From assembly GCA_049299095.1 (NCBI GenBank), contig JBAQWV010000041.1:191569-255568 (forward strand): DNA of 64,000 nucleotides, read 5' to 3'. This DNA comes from Anaerolineae bacterium (GTDB lineage: Bacteria; Chloroflexota; Anaerolineae; JAAEKA01). Position 1 is the first letter of the stretch. Each line of letters starts with the position of its first letter. Shown in pieces: positions 55,846 through 64,000 of the stretch. Made by a program: the position numbers and the translations under genes. A model generated the notes under the pieces. That model was not told the origin of the DNA. It saw nothing but the letters and a program-made list of their open reading frames with translations, and did not search any database.

Positions 55846-56355
55846 ATGGATATTCAAGCATGGCTAACCGCCAATTGGCAAGCACTAGCCATCGGTGGCG
55901 TGGCTGGTTTACTGCTGAGCTGGCTGTTCTTCTATCTGCCGGCACGCAGCCGGGCAAATCGGTATGGTAGCGAAGTGGCGTCGTTGAACGAGCGTCTGGC
56001 CGTTAGCGAACGCTCGCTGAGCGAAACCCGCCGGCAGGCCGAAGCGGTCCAGACAGACCTGACTGCCCAAGCCGTGCGCTACAATGCTGTACAAAGCCAG
56101 CTTGATGCACTTCAGTTTGACCAGGCGCAGCTTGTCAGCAGCCAAAGCGAACTCGACCAGTTGCGCAGCGAAATGACCACCCTGCGCGTCACCAACACCG
56201 GTTTGGAAGACAAGATCCGCAATCTGCGCGGTGAAGTGGCTGGCGAGCTGGCAATCCTCTCGTCCACCATGCTGCGCATGAAAGAAGAGGCGCTCACCAA
56301 TGCACAACAGCAGATCGCTGACTTGCAAGCTGAGCTGGAGGCGCGCTCCCACTAG
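55846..56355 (+). CDS. Membrane-anchored coiled-coil protein
   Basis: AGGAGG lies upstream. One N-terminal TM (ALAIGGVAGLLLSWLFFYL), then about 130 aa of heptad-rich sequence. It ends 8 nt before the next gene. Confidence 0.75.
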   Translation: MDIQAWLTANWQALAIGGVAGLLLSWLFFYLPARSRANRYGSEVASLNERLAVSERSLSETRRQAEAVQTDLTAQAVRYNAVQSQLDALQFDQAQLVSSQSELDQLRSEMTTLRVTNTGLEDKIRNLRGEVAGELAILSSTMLRMKEEALTNAQQQIADLQAELEARSH

Positions 56356-56363
56356 GAGGAAGC

Positions 56364-59300
56364 ATGGAGACCCAGACCCAACTCGAACACAGCGACGATA
56401 AGGCTGGTTCAGCGTCGGTTGATCGCCAGACTTCTGTCCTTCCTGTTCATCCTTCGGAAATGCGCATCAGCCTCAGCTTTCTTTCCTGGGCCGGTGCACA
56501 ACTTGCCACCGCCCTGCAGCAGCGCACTCGTCAATACGAAGACCTGCTGGCGCTGACCAAACACTTGCCGGATGGATGGATGGAAATGGCCCGCGCGCGC
56601 TTGGCGCACGATACCAATGCGCTCAACAGCCCGGCTGAAACCGTCATCATCGCGTCCGACGAATACATAAGTGCCAACACAGTCACTACCGATGCGGCCA
56701 ACGGGCAAACGGCTTCAGCAAGCGTCAGCGCGTCAAAATCATCCGCCTCACAACTGCCCAAGCCCAACAGCACGATAGATGTCAACGCGTCGTCTGTCGC
56801 GCCATCCACAATGGAAGCTGCCGCGTCACTGGACGCAGACCTGGCAACCCCTGATCTTGAAGTGGCTTTACCCACCACCGATCTGGCAGCCGCTGATATC
56901 ACCACAGACTTGCCCGCTGCCGATCTGGAAGTAGCCACGCTCAGCCTCGGTGCAGACGAAGCCGTGGTCGCGCTGGAAGGTAACAGCGCCACCACCCCCA
57001 CCATCGCTCTGGACAGCACCCCCCAAGCTCCGACAGTTTCCGAGCGCGTTGATGTGCCTGCGGTGGCCGCAGTGGCCGCACCGGTTGATCTCACCGAAGA
57101 CCCCCGCTGGCTTCAGCTTCAAAACGACGTAGACGAAATCAACCTGGCTTGGTCACAGGCCGAGGACAATCTGCGCTTCAAAGACGCTGAACTGACCGAC
57201 ATCGAGCAGCAGTTAGCGGGAATGCACGGCGACCTGCTGAAGGCGTTGCCCACAGACCTGCAAGCTGACCTGCCCTCTGTCACCATCGGCGAACAAACGC
57301 ACGACCCACGCCAGCGTCGCGCCATGCGCCTCGGCGCGCTAGCCGCGTCCATCTCCGCGCTGGTAGATCACAACCGCACAGTCAGTACACAGGCCGAGCA
57401 GGCCAGCGCCATCCACGCGGAAATGGATGCCGTCGCAGCCACCCGCATGGCACTGGAAGCCGACCTGAGCGAAAAAGACCAATCGCTGGAAGAGTTGCAA
57501 ATCGAGCTAGAGAACTTGCAGGCGAAAACAGCCGGACTGACCAACCAGCTTGAGCAGCGCGCCCAGGAAACCAGCACGCTCCAAGCCCACTTGACCGGCC
57601 AGATTGACACGTTAAAGGCCGAAATCGCAGCCCTGACCCAGGAACGCGATAGCCTGCAAGCATCGGTGCAAGCCATGACCGATGAAATCAGCAGCTACAA
57701 CGAAAATACGCTCAATCTGCAAGGGCAATTAAATGAACTAAGTGCCGGTAAATCAGCCACCGAAGCTGACTTGCAGGTGCGCGCCCAGGCACATGCCGAG
57801 CTGGAGACGCAGGTCGAAGCACTATCCAACGACATTGACGGCCTGACCGGTCAGATCGAAATGCTCACGGCCCAATCCAACGACCTGCAAACGCAACTCG
57901 ACGCGGCCCTTGCATCCCGCGACGCCGCTGAACAAGCCCTGCAAGCGTTGCAGGCCCAACACGACAGTGCCCGTTCCGAGCTGGCGCAAATCGAAGTGGA
58001 ATCGCAGCGGGTGATGGGCGCGCAGGTGGCGGGCCTCGGCGCAGTGGGCGCAGGCACGGCCATCGCGGCCGCACTGGAAGAACGCGAGCGCCAATTGGCT
58101 GCCACCAACGACCAGATGCTCTCGCTGCAAGGCCAGGTCAACGAGTTGGCCGCAGCCAACATCAACCTAACCACCGTGCAGGCGGAACTCGACGAAACCC
58201 GGCAGGCCAAAGCTCTGCTGGAAGCGCAACTAACGCAGCGGGCCAGCGAGCTGACCGCCTTGCAAGACCAGATCAGCCAGTTAACCGGCATCCGTGCCGA
58301 CCTGGAAACCCGCCTCGACCAGCGCAGCGCGCAACTCAGCGACCTGCAGGCGCAGTACGATCAGGCTGCCAACGTCAAAAGCGAGCTGGAAACGCAGCTT
58401 AGCCTGCGCGGCTCTGAACTCGACGGCCTGCGCGGCCAACTGGACAGCGTGCTGGCAGCCCGTGCCGATCTGGAAACGCAGTTCAACACGCGCAGCGGCG
58501 ATTTCGACCTGCTGCAAAGCCAGTTTGCTGCGGCCAGCGGCGTGCAAGCCGACCTGGAAACGCAGTTGAACGCGCGCACCAATGAGCTGGCCAGCCTGCG
58601 GGGTCAACTTGATCAGACCGTCAGCGCCCGCGCCGACCTGGAAGCCCAACTTCAGGCGCGCACCAGCGATCTGACCAGCCTGCGCGCCCAGTTGAATGAA
58701 GCTGCCAACACCCGCGCCGGGCTGGAGGCGCAATTGACCCTGCGCAACAGCGACTTCGCCAGCTTGCAGGAACAGTTGAACCAGGCCACCAGCGCCCGCG
58801 CCGGGCTGGAGGCGCAGATCAACCTGCGCAACAACGACTTTGCCAGCCTGCAAGCACAGTTCAACCAGGCTGCCGCCACCCAAGCCACCCTGGAAGCACA
58901 GTTCGGCCAGCGCGACAGCGATCTGAACGCCCTGCGCAGCCAACTGGAGCAGGTGACGCAGGCCCGCGCCGAGCTGGAGGCACGGTTGAGCCAGCGCAAC
59001 GACGAGTACGCCGCACTGGCTCACCGCCTGGATGTGCTGCAAAGCGAGCATGACCACATGGCGGCAGACCGCGCGCAGTTGTTCGACAGCCTGCGCAGCC
59101 GCGAGGATGAGCTGGATGAGTTGCGCGGACAGTTTGACACCCTGCAGATGGCCGTACCCGCGGTGGATGTGGTGAGCAGAGACCTGGATGTGGCTGCCGA
59201 GCCGGACCCTGACATGCCCGCGCTGGCGATGCCGCAACGCAGTGTTGCCCTCGATCTGGGTGAGCCTGTCACGCTGGAAACCGCCCTGGCTGCGCTGCCT

Positions 59301-59798
59301 GCCGTCAAGACTGCCGCCGCAGCCGCAGCCCGTGCGGCTGGCGTTGAGCCGACCCTTTCGCTGCGTGTGCAGGCACTGACCGATGTCAAGGGCATCGGCT
59401 CGGTGTTCCAACAACGGCTGTACAACAGTGGCGTTGGCACCTACTGGGAGCTGGCGACGTTGGCCGAAGGCGACCTGACCAGAACGCTGCAAATCTCTGA
59501 TCTGCTCAGCGCACGCATCAACCCATCGGAAACGCTGGAGGATGCGCGCACCTGGGCCGAAAAGACCCGCACGGTTGGCCTGCTTTGGAATGGCGATCAT
59601 GTGGACGATTTCGAGCCGCTGGAAGGTATTGGCCGCACCTTTGAAAAACGCCTGTACGAAGCCGGTATTACCACCTTCGAGCTGCTGGCTGCCGCCACGG
59701 TGGAACAACTGGCCGAGGTTGTCCATGCGCCAGCCATTCAAGGTGTTTCCTACGCGAGCTGGATTCAACAGGCACAGGAACTGCTGGCTGCGCGTTAG
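56364..59798 (+). CDS. Giant coiled-coil protein (1144 aa) with a 28-aa tandem repeat array and a C-terminal pair of helix-hairpin-helix (DUF4332-like) motifs
   Basis: GGAGGA lies upstream. An acidic low-complexity N-terminal third is followed by about 700 aa rich in Q/L/E/A heptads. The C-terminus has LTDVKGIGSVFQQRLYNSGVGTYWELA and LEGIGRTFEKRLYEAGITTFELLA. Confidence 0.85.
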   Translation: METQTQLEHSDDKAGSASVDRQTSVLPVHPSEMRISLSFLSWAGAQLATALQQRTRQYEDLLALTKHLPDGWMEMARARLAHDTNALNSPAETVIIASDEYISANTVTTDAANGQTASASVSASKSSASQLPKPNSTIDVNASSVAPSTMEAAASLDADLATPDLEVALPTTDLAAADITTDLPAADLEVATLSLGADEAVVALEGNSATTPTIALDSTPQAPTVSERVDVPAVAAVAAPVDLTEDPRWLQLQNDVDEINLAWSQAEDNLRFKDAELTDIEQQLAGMHGDLLKALPTDLQADLPSVTIGEQTHDPRQRRAMRLGALAASISALVDHNRTVSTQAEQASAIHAEMDAVAATRMALEADLSEKDQSLEELQIELENLQAKTAGLTNQLEQRAQETSTLQAHLTGQIDTLKAEIAALTQERDSLQASVQAMTDEISSYNENTLNLQGQLNELSAGKSATEADLQVRAQAHAELETQVEALSNDIDGLTGQIEMLTAQSNDLQTQLDAALASRDAAEQALQALQAQHDSARSELAQIEVESQRVMGAQVAGLGAVGAGTAIAAALEERERQLAATNDQMLSLQGQVNELAAANINLTTVQAELDETRQAKALLEAQLTQRASELTALQDQISQLTGIRADLETRLDQRSAQLSDLQAQYDQAANVKSELETQLSLRGSELDGLRGQLDSVLAARADLETQFNTRSGDFDLLQSQFAAASGVQADLETQLNARTNELASLRGQLDQTVSARADLEAQLQARTSDLTSLRAQLNEAANTRAGLEAQLTLRNSDFASLQEQLNQATSARAGLEAQINLRNNDFASLQAQFNQAAATQATLEAQFGQRDSDLNALRSQLEQVTQARAELEARLSQRNDEYAALAHRLDVLQSEHDHMAADRAQLFDSLRSREDELDELRGQFDTLQMAVPAVDVVSRDLDVAAEPDPDMPALAMPQRSVALDLGEPVTLETALAALPAVKTAAAAAARAAGVEPTLSLRVQALTDVKGIGSVFQQRLYNSGVGTYWELATLAEGDLTRTLQISDLLSARINPSETLEDARTWAEKTRTVGLLWNGDHVDDFEPLEGIGRTFEKRLYEAGITTFELLAAATVEQLAEVVHAPAIQGVSYASWIQQAQELLAAR
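58210..59050 (+). repeat. About 10 tandem copies of an 84-nt (28-aa) coding repeat
   Basis: The units read ADLETQLNARTNELASLRGQLDQTVSAR / ADLEAQLQARTSDLTSLRAQLNEAANTR / AGLEAQLTLRNSDFASLQEQLNQATSAR / AGLEAQINLRNNDFASLQAQFNQAAATQ and so on. They are in phase with the reading frame. Confidence 0.85.
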
Positions 59799-59816
59799 CG
59801 TTAATTGATAGTGCAA

Positions 59817-59852
59817 GCGTTCGGAAGTGGCTGGTCAGTCACTTCCGAACGC
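59817..59852 (+). terminator. Strong stem-loop after the coiled-coil gene (no U-tract)
   Basis: Perfect 13-bp stem gcgttcggaagtg/cacttccgaacgc, followed by CGAAAAC rather than a T-run. Confidence 0.45.
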
Positions 59853-59928
59853 CGAAAACGAATGGTTTATCTCAACCGGCCAGATTCCGTCGCTGGCCGG
59901 TATCTATTGAACAAGGAGAATGATGACG

Positions 59929-60606
59929 ATGGCTTTTACACTTCCCGCTTTGCCGTATGAGAATGACGCTCTGGAACCGCACATTGACGCACGCACGATG
60001 CAGATTCACCATGACAAGCATCATGCTGCTTATGTCAACAACGCCAACGCCGCGCTGGCGAAGCACGCCGACTTTGACGGCTCGAACGTCTGGGCGCTGC
60101 TGGCTGATCTTGATGGTGTGCCCGCGGACATCCGCGGCCCGATCCGCAACAACGCCGGCGGCCATGCCAACCATAGCCACTTCTGGCTAGCGATGGCCCC
60201 CAACGCGGGCGGCGCACCGACCGGCGACCTGGCCACGGCGATTGATGCCGCATTTGGCTCGTTCGATGCATTCAAAACCGATTTTGCCGCGGCTGGCATT
60301 GGCCGTTTCGGCTCTGGCTGGGCCTGGCTGGTGGTGGATGCCGACGGCAAGCTGAGCATCACAAGTACCCCCAATCAGGATAACCCGATTTCTGATGGCA
60401 AGTTTCCGCTGCTCGGTGTGGACGTGTGGGAACATGCCTATTATCTGAAGTATCAGAACCTGCGCGCCGACTATATCAAGGCGTGGTGGAATGTGGTGAG
60501 CTGGGACAAGGTGGCCGAATGGTACGCAGCGGCCCGAAAAGCGGCCGCGGGCGACAAGGCTGTGGACTGGGTCAAGCTGGCAACCAAGCTGTACGGCGCC
60601 GGTTAA
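59929..60606 (+). CDS. sodA: Fe/Mn superoxide dismutase
   Basis: [32 protein letters not shown]...[10 protein letters not shown] prefer the ATG at 59929, 10 nt after AAGGAG; the ORF is open from 59920. There is a C-terminal extension of about 25 aa. Confidence 0.93.
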   Translation: MAFTLPALPYENDALEPHIDARTMQIHHDKHHAAYVNNANAALAKHADFDGSNVWALLADLDGVPADIRGPIRNNAGGHANHSHFWLAMAPNAGGAPTGDLATAIDAAFGSFDAFKTDFAAAGIGRFGSGWAWLVVDADGKLSITSTPNQDNPISDGKFPLLGVDVWEHAYYLKYQNLRADYIKAWWNVVSWDKVAEWYAAARKAAAGDKAVDWVKLATKLYGAG

Positions 60607-60621
60607 TTGCATCCAATGTCA

Positions 60622-60657
60622 AGAAAAGCACGCGGCTGCGCAGCCGCGTGCTTTTTT
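60622..60657 (+). terminator. Rho-independent terminator of sodA
   Basis: Perfect 11-bp stem gcacgcggctg/cagccgcgtgc with a 2-nt loop (it probably opens to a larger loop), followed by T6. Confidence 0.8.
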
Positions 60658-60861
60658 ATTTCGAGGCGTTACGCAGTTCATATCATTTCGAGGAGTAAAA
60701 CGACGAGAAATCCCTGCTTATGAGGATGACGGAGGGGATTTCTCGCTCCTTCGCGCCTGCGGCGTCAAGATAACAACATGATTGCCAGCTGCATAACTCA
60801 TATCTGTATTTTCGTTACCTCTTTCCCCGCAGCCGTGTTATAATCGTGGCGGAGCGCCGCG

Positions 60862-61689
60862 ATGACCGTCACCCAACTGTTTCCTTCACCGATACAAACC
60901 TGGCCGCTGGCCGGGCTATACCTGAACCACGCGCTGCGCACGCACGCGGCCACACAACCACACCCCTTCGTCTACAGTAACTTCGTCAGCAGTCTGGATG
61001 GGCGCATTGCTGTGGCGGCTGCCCCGCACACCGAACAAGCCGTGCCAAAACAGATCGCCAACGCGCGCGACTGGCGGCTATTTCAGGAACTGGCCGTGCA
61101 GGCCGATGTCATCATCAGCAGCGGGCGCTATCTGCGCGACTACGCGACCGGCCGCGCGCAGGAAATCTTGCAGGTCAACAACGATCCGCGCTTCCGCGAT
61201 CTGGCCGACTGGCGCAAAGCGCAAGGTCTCCCCCAGCAACCCGCCATCGCCATTCTCAGCGGCAGTCTCGACTTTCCCGTGCCCGCCGCGCTAGTCGCGG
61301 ACGGTCGTCAGGTCATCGTCGTCACGCACCACCGCGCCGATCCCGCACGCCTGGCCGCGTTGCAGCGCACCGTGGCCGATGTGGTCGTGCTGCCCACCGA
61401 CGCCATCACCGGCCACGACCTGGTAGAAACATTGGCTGAACGCGGCCTGCGCATCATCTACTCGGCCAGCGGCCCCAAGGTGCTACACCTGCTAGCTGCC
61501 GCGGGCCTGTTGGATCGGCTCTATTTAACGCTAGCCAACCGCCTGCTGGGTGGCGACACCTATTCAACCCTTGTGGAAGGGCCACGCTTGACGCCACCGG
61601 TGGGAATGCGCCTGCATACGGCCTATCACGACGCGACCGGACTGGATGGTCTGGGCCAGCTCTTTCTGAGCTACGCGCGCGCAGGCTAG
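60862..61689 (+). CDS. RibD C-terminal domain (dihydrofolate-reductase-like) protein
   Basis: VYSNFVSSLDGRIAV....DWRLFQELAVQADVIISSGRYLR....GGDTYSTL. An extended -10 TGtTATAAT at 60836-60844 lies upstream. Confidence 0.7.
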   Translation: MTVTQLFPSPIQTWPLAGLYLNHALRTHAATQPHPFVYSNFVSSLDGRIAVAAAPHTEQAVPKQIANARDWRLFQELAVQADVIISSGRYLRDYATGRAQEILQVNNDPRFRDLADWRKAQGLPQQPAIAILSGSLDFPVPAALVADGRQVIVVTHHRADPARLAALQRTVADVVVLPTDAITGHDLVETLAERGLRIIYSASGPKVLHLLAAAGLLDRLYLTLANRLLGGDTYSTLVEGPRLTPPVGMRLHTAYHDATGLDGLGQLFLSYARAG

Positions 61690-61748
61690 CACACCCAACC
61701 GACAGACGCTGATCTGGTTTTCAACGAATGGTCTTGGAGGTACACGCG

Positions 61749-62873
61749 ATGAAACGTCTGATTTTCCTTTTGTTGCTAATGCTTTTGCTGGTCAGTGCCC
61801 TGCCCGGCGCGGCCAGCGCGACCCCGCTCCCACAAACCAGTGCGTATGTGGTCAAGCCGGACGATACGCTGGCGAGCATTGCGCGCCAGTTTTGCACCAC
61901 CTGGCAGCAGTTGTACGCGCTCAACCGTAACGTCATCGGCCCTAATCCGAACGTCTTGCGCTGGGGCACGGTGTTGCAGGTTCCCTCCAGTTGCGGCCAA
62001 CAACCCCCGCCCAGCGGCACGCCACAGCCCGGCGGCTGCTCCCTCAGCCCAATTGACCACGCACGGGGTACAGTCAGCGGCAACGTGTACATTGTGACGA
62101 CGGGCGACACTCTCTACTCGATTGCCCGGCGTTTTTGCACCACCGTAGAGCAGCTTGGAGCCAGCAACAGCATCGGCGCTCCCTGGCGCATCCAGGTCGG
62201 CCAACGCTTGACCGTACCCGCGGGCAGCGCGCCCGGCGGAACTGTCACACCGACACCCACCCGCCCCAGCAGCGAACAACGCTACCTGCGCATGGACGCG
62301 CCGCGCGCCAACGAAACAGTACCGATGACCTTCACCGCCCGCGGCACGGGCGCCGGACTATTTGAAGGCAACGTCGTGGTCACTGCGTACAACGAGGCCA
62401 ACCAGCAGCTAGCCCGCCAGATCGTCATCTTGCAGGGAACCAACGTCGGCACGGGCGCGCCCGGCACATGGACGGCAACGCTGACCGTGAATGTACCGAA
62501 CGGCACGCGCGGCTATGTTGAGGTCACCTCGCCGCAGTCGAATGTCGCGCCAGTACGCGTCAATGTCGTCTACGGGCAGACGCCAACCAGCGCAGCCATT
62601 GCGATCACCAGCCCCACGGCCAATGCCACCGTCGGCAGCTCGATTAACGTCACCGGCACGGCCACTGGGCTGGCCGCGGGCAGCCGCATCATCGTTCATG
62701 CGCTCAACAGCGGCGGCACGGTGTCGCTGACCCAGGGCTATGCCATCGTAGGCAGCGATGGCCGCTGGGGCGTGCCGCTGATCGTCGCCAACGTGGGCGG
62801 CCAGAACGGCATCATCTTCGCCTACGCAGAGCAAAATCCAGGTGTTTCCACCCGGGTTGCTGTGCGCTACTAA
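61749..62873 (+). CDS. Secreted protein with two LysM domains and Gmad2-like Ig domains
   Basis: The ATG at 61749 follows GGAGG, and there is a signal peptide. LysM domains are YVVKPDDTLASIARQF...GTVLQVP and YIVTTGDTLYSIARRF...GQRLTVP. The C-terminus is Gmad2-like (PMTFTARGTGAGLFEGNVVVTAYNE). Confidence 0.8.
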   Translation: MKRLIFLLLLMLLLVSALPGAASATPLPQTSAYVVKPDDTLASIARQFCTTWQQLYALNRNVIGPNPNVLRWGTVLQVPSSCGQQPPPSGTPQPGGCSLSPIDHARGTVSGNVYIVTTGDTLYSIARRFCTTVEQLGASNSIGAPWRIQVGQRLTVPAGSAPGGTVTPTPTRPSSEQRYLRMDAPRANETVPMTFTARGTGAGLFEGNVVVTAYNEANQQLARQIVILQGTNVGTGAPGTWTATLTVNVPNGTRGYVEVTSPQSNVAPVRVNVVYGQTPTSAAIAITSPTANATVGSSINVTGTATGLAAGSRIIVHALNSGGTVSLTQGYAIVGSDGRWGVPLIVANVGGQNGIIFAYAEQNPGVSTRVAVRY

Positions 62874-62904
62874 TCGGCTGATTATCAGGAGTTCAGGAAC
62901 CGTC

Positions 62905-63417
62905 ATGTCCCCAATAACTTTCCCCGAACCGCGCGCCATGCGTCCGGCCATGCAGGAATACGGCATCAGCGAGGAGAGTGCGGGCCTGCTGCCGTGGCGT
63001 TTTGCCGTGCAATATCTCTCTGCTGCGCGCAACTACTGGATCAGTACCACGCGGCCCGATGGCCGCCCTCATGCCGCGCCGGTGTGGGGGGTGTGGATGG
63101 ACAACGTCTTCTACTTTGGCACTGGCCTCAACTCGGTGAAGGCACGCAATCTGCGCGCCAACCCTGCGTTGGTGGTACATCTGGAAAGTGGCGATGATGT
63201 GGTAATTCTGGAAGGCACGGCGGAGTGGCTGACCGAGGTAGATTCCGCGCTGTGGCAGGAAATCGCCGACCAGTACGCAGTCAAATACGACGGGTTTCGC
63301 CCGGAGCCACCCTCGCCGCAAGGCCCCTTTGTCATGTTGCGTCCCCGCGTTGCCTTTGGCTGGCAAGAACAGGATTTTCCCCTCAGTGCCACACGCTGGG
63401 TATTTGCCGATGAATGA
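62905..63417 (+). CDS. Pyridoxamine 5'-phosphate oxidase-like (split beta-barrel flavin/F420-binding) protein
   Basis: NYWISTTRPDGRPHAAPVWGVWMDNVFYFGTG..S.KARNLRANPALVVHLESGDDVVILEG. I prefer the ATG at 62905. Confidence 0.75.
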   Translation: MSPITFPEPRAMRPAMQEYGISEESAGLLPWRFAVQYLSAARNYWISTTRPDGRPHAAPVWGVWMDNVFYFGTGLNSVKARNLRANPALVVHLESGDDVVILEGTAEWLTEVDSALWQEIADQYAVKYDGFRPEPPSPQGPFVMLRPRVAFGWQEQDFPLSATRWVFADE

Positions 63418-64000
63418 ACCGGTGTTGGCGCGCATGGCCACGCTGATCAAGCAATGGCAGCAGGCCGCAGATGCGCGCAGCGACTTCCTGAGCTGCTATG
63501 CGCTGATGACCGGCAACATGCTGCGCGCGGTGGACAACCGCGACTTTCACGATCCGGTCTGGGTCGGCCAGCTTTTGCAGCACTTCGCTGACTATTATTT
63601 CGTGGCGCTGGATGGCTATGAGCGCGGCGACGACGCCACACCTCCAGCGTGGCGTCTGGCACATGACGCCACCCGCCAGCCAGACACGCAGACGGTCCAG
63701 CTTTTGCTGCTGGGCATCAATGCGCACATCAACTACGATCTGGTGTTGGCGCTCACCGACATGCTGGAGCCAGATTGGACTGCGTTGACACCAGAGCAAC
63801 GCCAGCAGCGCTATGAAGACCACTCCCACGTTAACTCGATCATTGCTGCGACGGTGGACAGTGTACAGGATCAGGTATTGTCGCCGCAAGCGCGCTGGCT
63901 GGGCTGGATGGACGCCGCGCTGGGGCCAGTGGATGAACGGCTGGCCGCGCGCATCATCCGCAACTGGCGCGAAGAGGTGTGGCAGCAGGCGCAGCACATG
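63410..64000 (+). CDS. DUF5995-like protein (3' end cut by window edge)
   Basis: This gene is not in the ORF track because no stop is reached. My hand translation from the ATG at 63410 is open for 197 codons to nt 64000: MNEPVLARMATLIKQWQQ...FLSCYALMTGNM...LLLLGINAHINYDLVLAL. It overlaps the upstream stop by 8 nt. Confidence 0.7.
   Translation, partial: MNEPVLARMATLIKQWQQAADARSDFLSCYALMTGNMLRAVDNRDFHDPVWVGQLLQHFADYYFVALDGYERGDDATPPAWRLAHDATRQPDTQTVQLLLLGINAHINYDLVLALTDMLEPDWTALTPEQRQQRYEDHSHVNSIIAATVDSVQDQVLSPQARWLGWMDAALGPVDERLAARIIRNWREEVWQQAQHM

Noticed and set aside
58210-59050. Regularly spaced repeats that could be mistaken for a CRISPR array
   Set aside because: The units are contiguous with no unique spacers. 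The 84-nt period is in frame, and the units encode a 28-aa heptad repeat inside a long ORF. There are no cas genes.
58281-59816. 511-aa ORF on the minus strand
   Set aside because: It is an antisense artefact of the 84-nt coding repeat array. The + strand frame gives a coherent heptad coiled coil with an SD and HhH tail, whereas the minus frame gives repetitive LQ/AG-rich sequence.
60658-60861. Possible FMN (RFN) riboswitch upstream of the RibD_C-like gene
   Set aside because: None of the conserved RFN core segments is recognisable. Only one isolated hairpin is present, and it is reported separately at low interest.

Overview
This is a high-GC bacterial chromosomal segment. Hand-sampled 60-nt lines are mostly about 60-72% GC. 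I support about 55 protein-coding genes. I saw no rRNA, tRNA, CRISPR array, transposase or integrase. The protein style suggests a Chloroflexota-like organism: Pro/Thr-rich linkers, C25 peptidases, GT-C membrane glycosyltransferase-like proteins with a shared C-terminal domain, and dockerin-like and CBM9-like modules. That is inference only and was not checked.

Layout:
- 1-7.0 kb: cell-envelope genes (two GT-C-like proteins, RmlC-like epimerase, PD40/TolB-like protein, GT4).
- 7.0-9.5 kb: a lower-GC block (DedA, DUF1003, DUF1801, cold-shock protein).
- 9.6-15.8 kb: M4 protease, RecD2 and an SH3b protein.
- 16-27.7 kb: a long Firmicute-like housekeeping array, rpmB | asp23-fakA(DAK2)-DegV-recG-coaD-x-yceD-rpmF-fabD-fabG-asp23-nusB-tatA/B-tatC.
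- 27.8-29.1 kb: a COG2403-type P-loop protein.
- 29.2-32.3 kb: a low-GC two-gene restriction-modification-like island.
- 32.3-34.6 kb: split methylmalonyl-CoA mutase.
- 34.7-41.5 kb: M36/M4-like protease, lipoprotein, NUDIX-PHP-IMPase trio and a TPR protein.
- 41.5-43.6 kb: CIRCE-controlled groES-groEL.
- 43.7-47.0 kb: a 1071-aa secreted multidomain protein.
- 47.1-49.0 kb: an ABC-2 exporter.
- 49.0-55.5 kb: an operon of two C25 (gingipain/PorU-like) peptidases flanking a C-terminally anchored FN3/PT-rich protein.
- 55.8-59.8 kb: a two-gene coiled-coil locus, including a 1144-aa protein with a 28-aa x ~10 repeat array and a helix-hairpin-helix tail.
- 59.9-64.0 kb: sodA, a RibD_C-like protein, a LysM protein, a PNPOx-like protein and a 3'-truncated DUF5995-like gene.

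The most unusual items:
1. The low-GC island carries a methyltransferase that looks like an intramolecular pseudo-dimer. It has a degenerate N-terminal MTase copy with both catalytic motifs destroyed, an intact beta-class module, and a homing-endonuclease-associated-repeat-like tail. Its partner is a DpnII-like nuclease candidate.
2. The C25-FN3-C25 operon contains a protein with a GlyGly-CTERM-like tail.
3. The giant repeat-bearing coiled-coil/HhH protein.

All family assignments come from motif recognition by eye. No searches were run.
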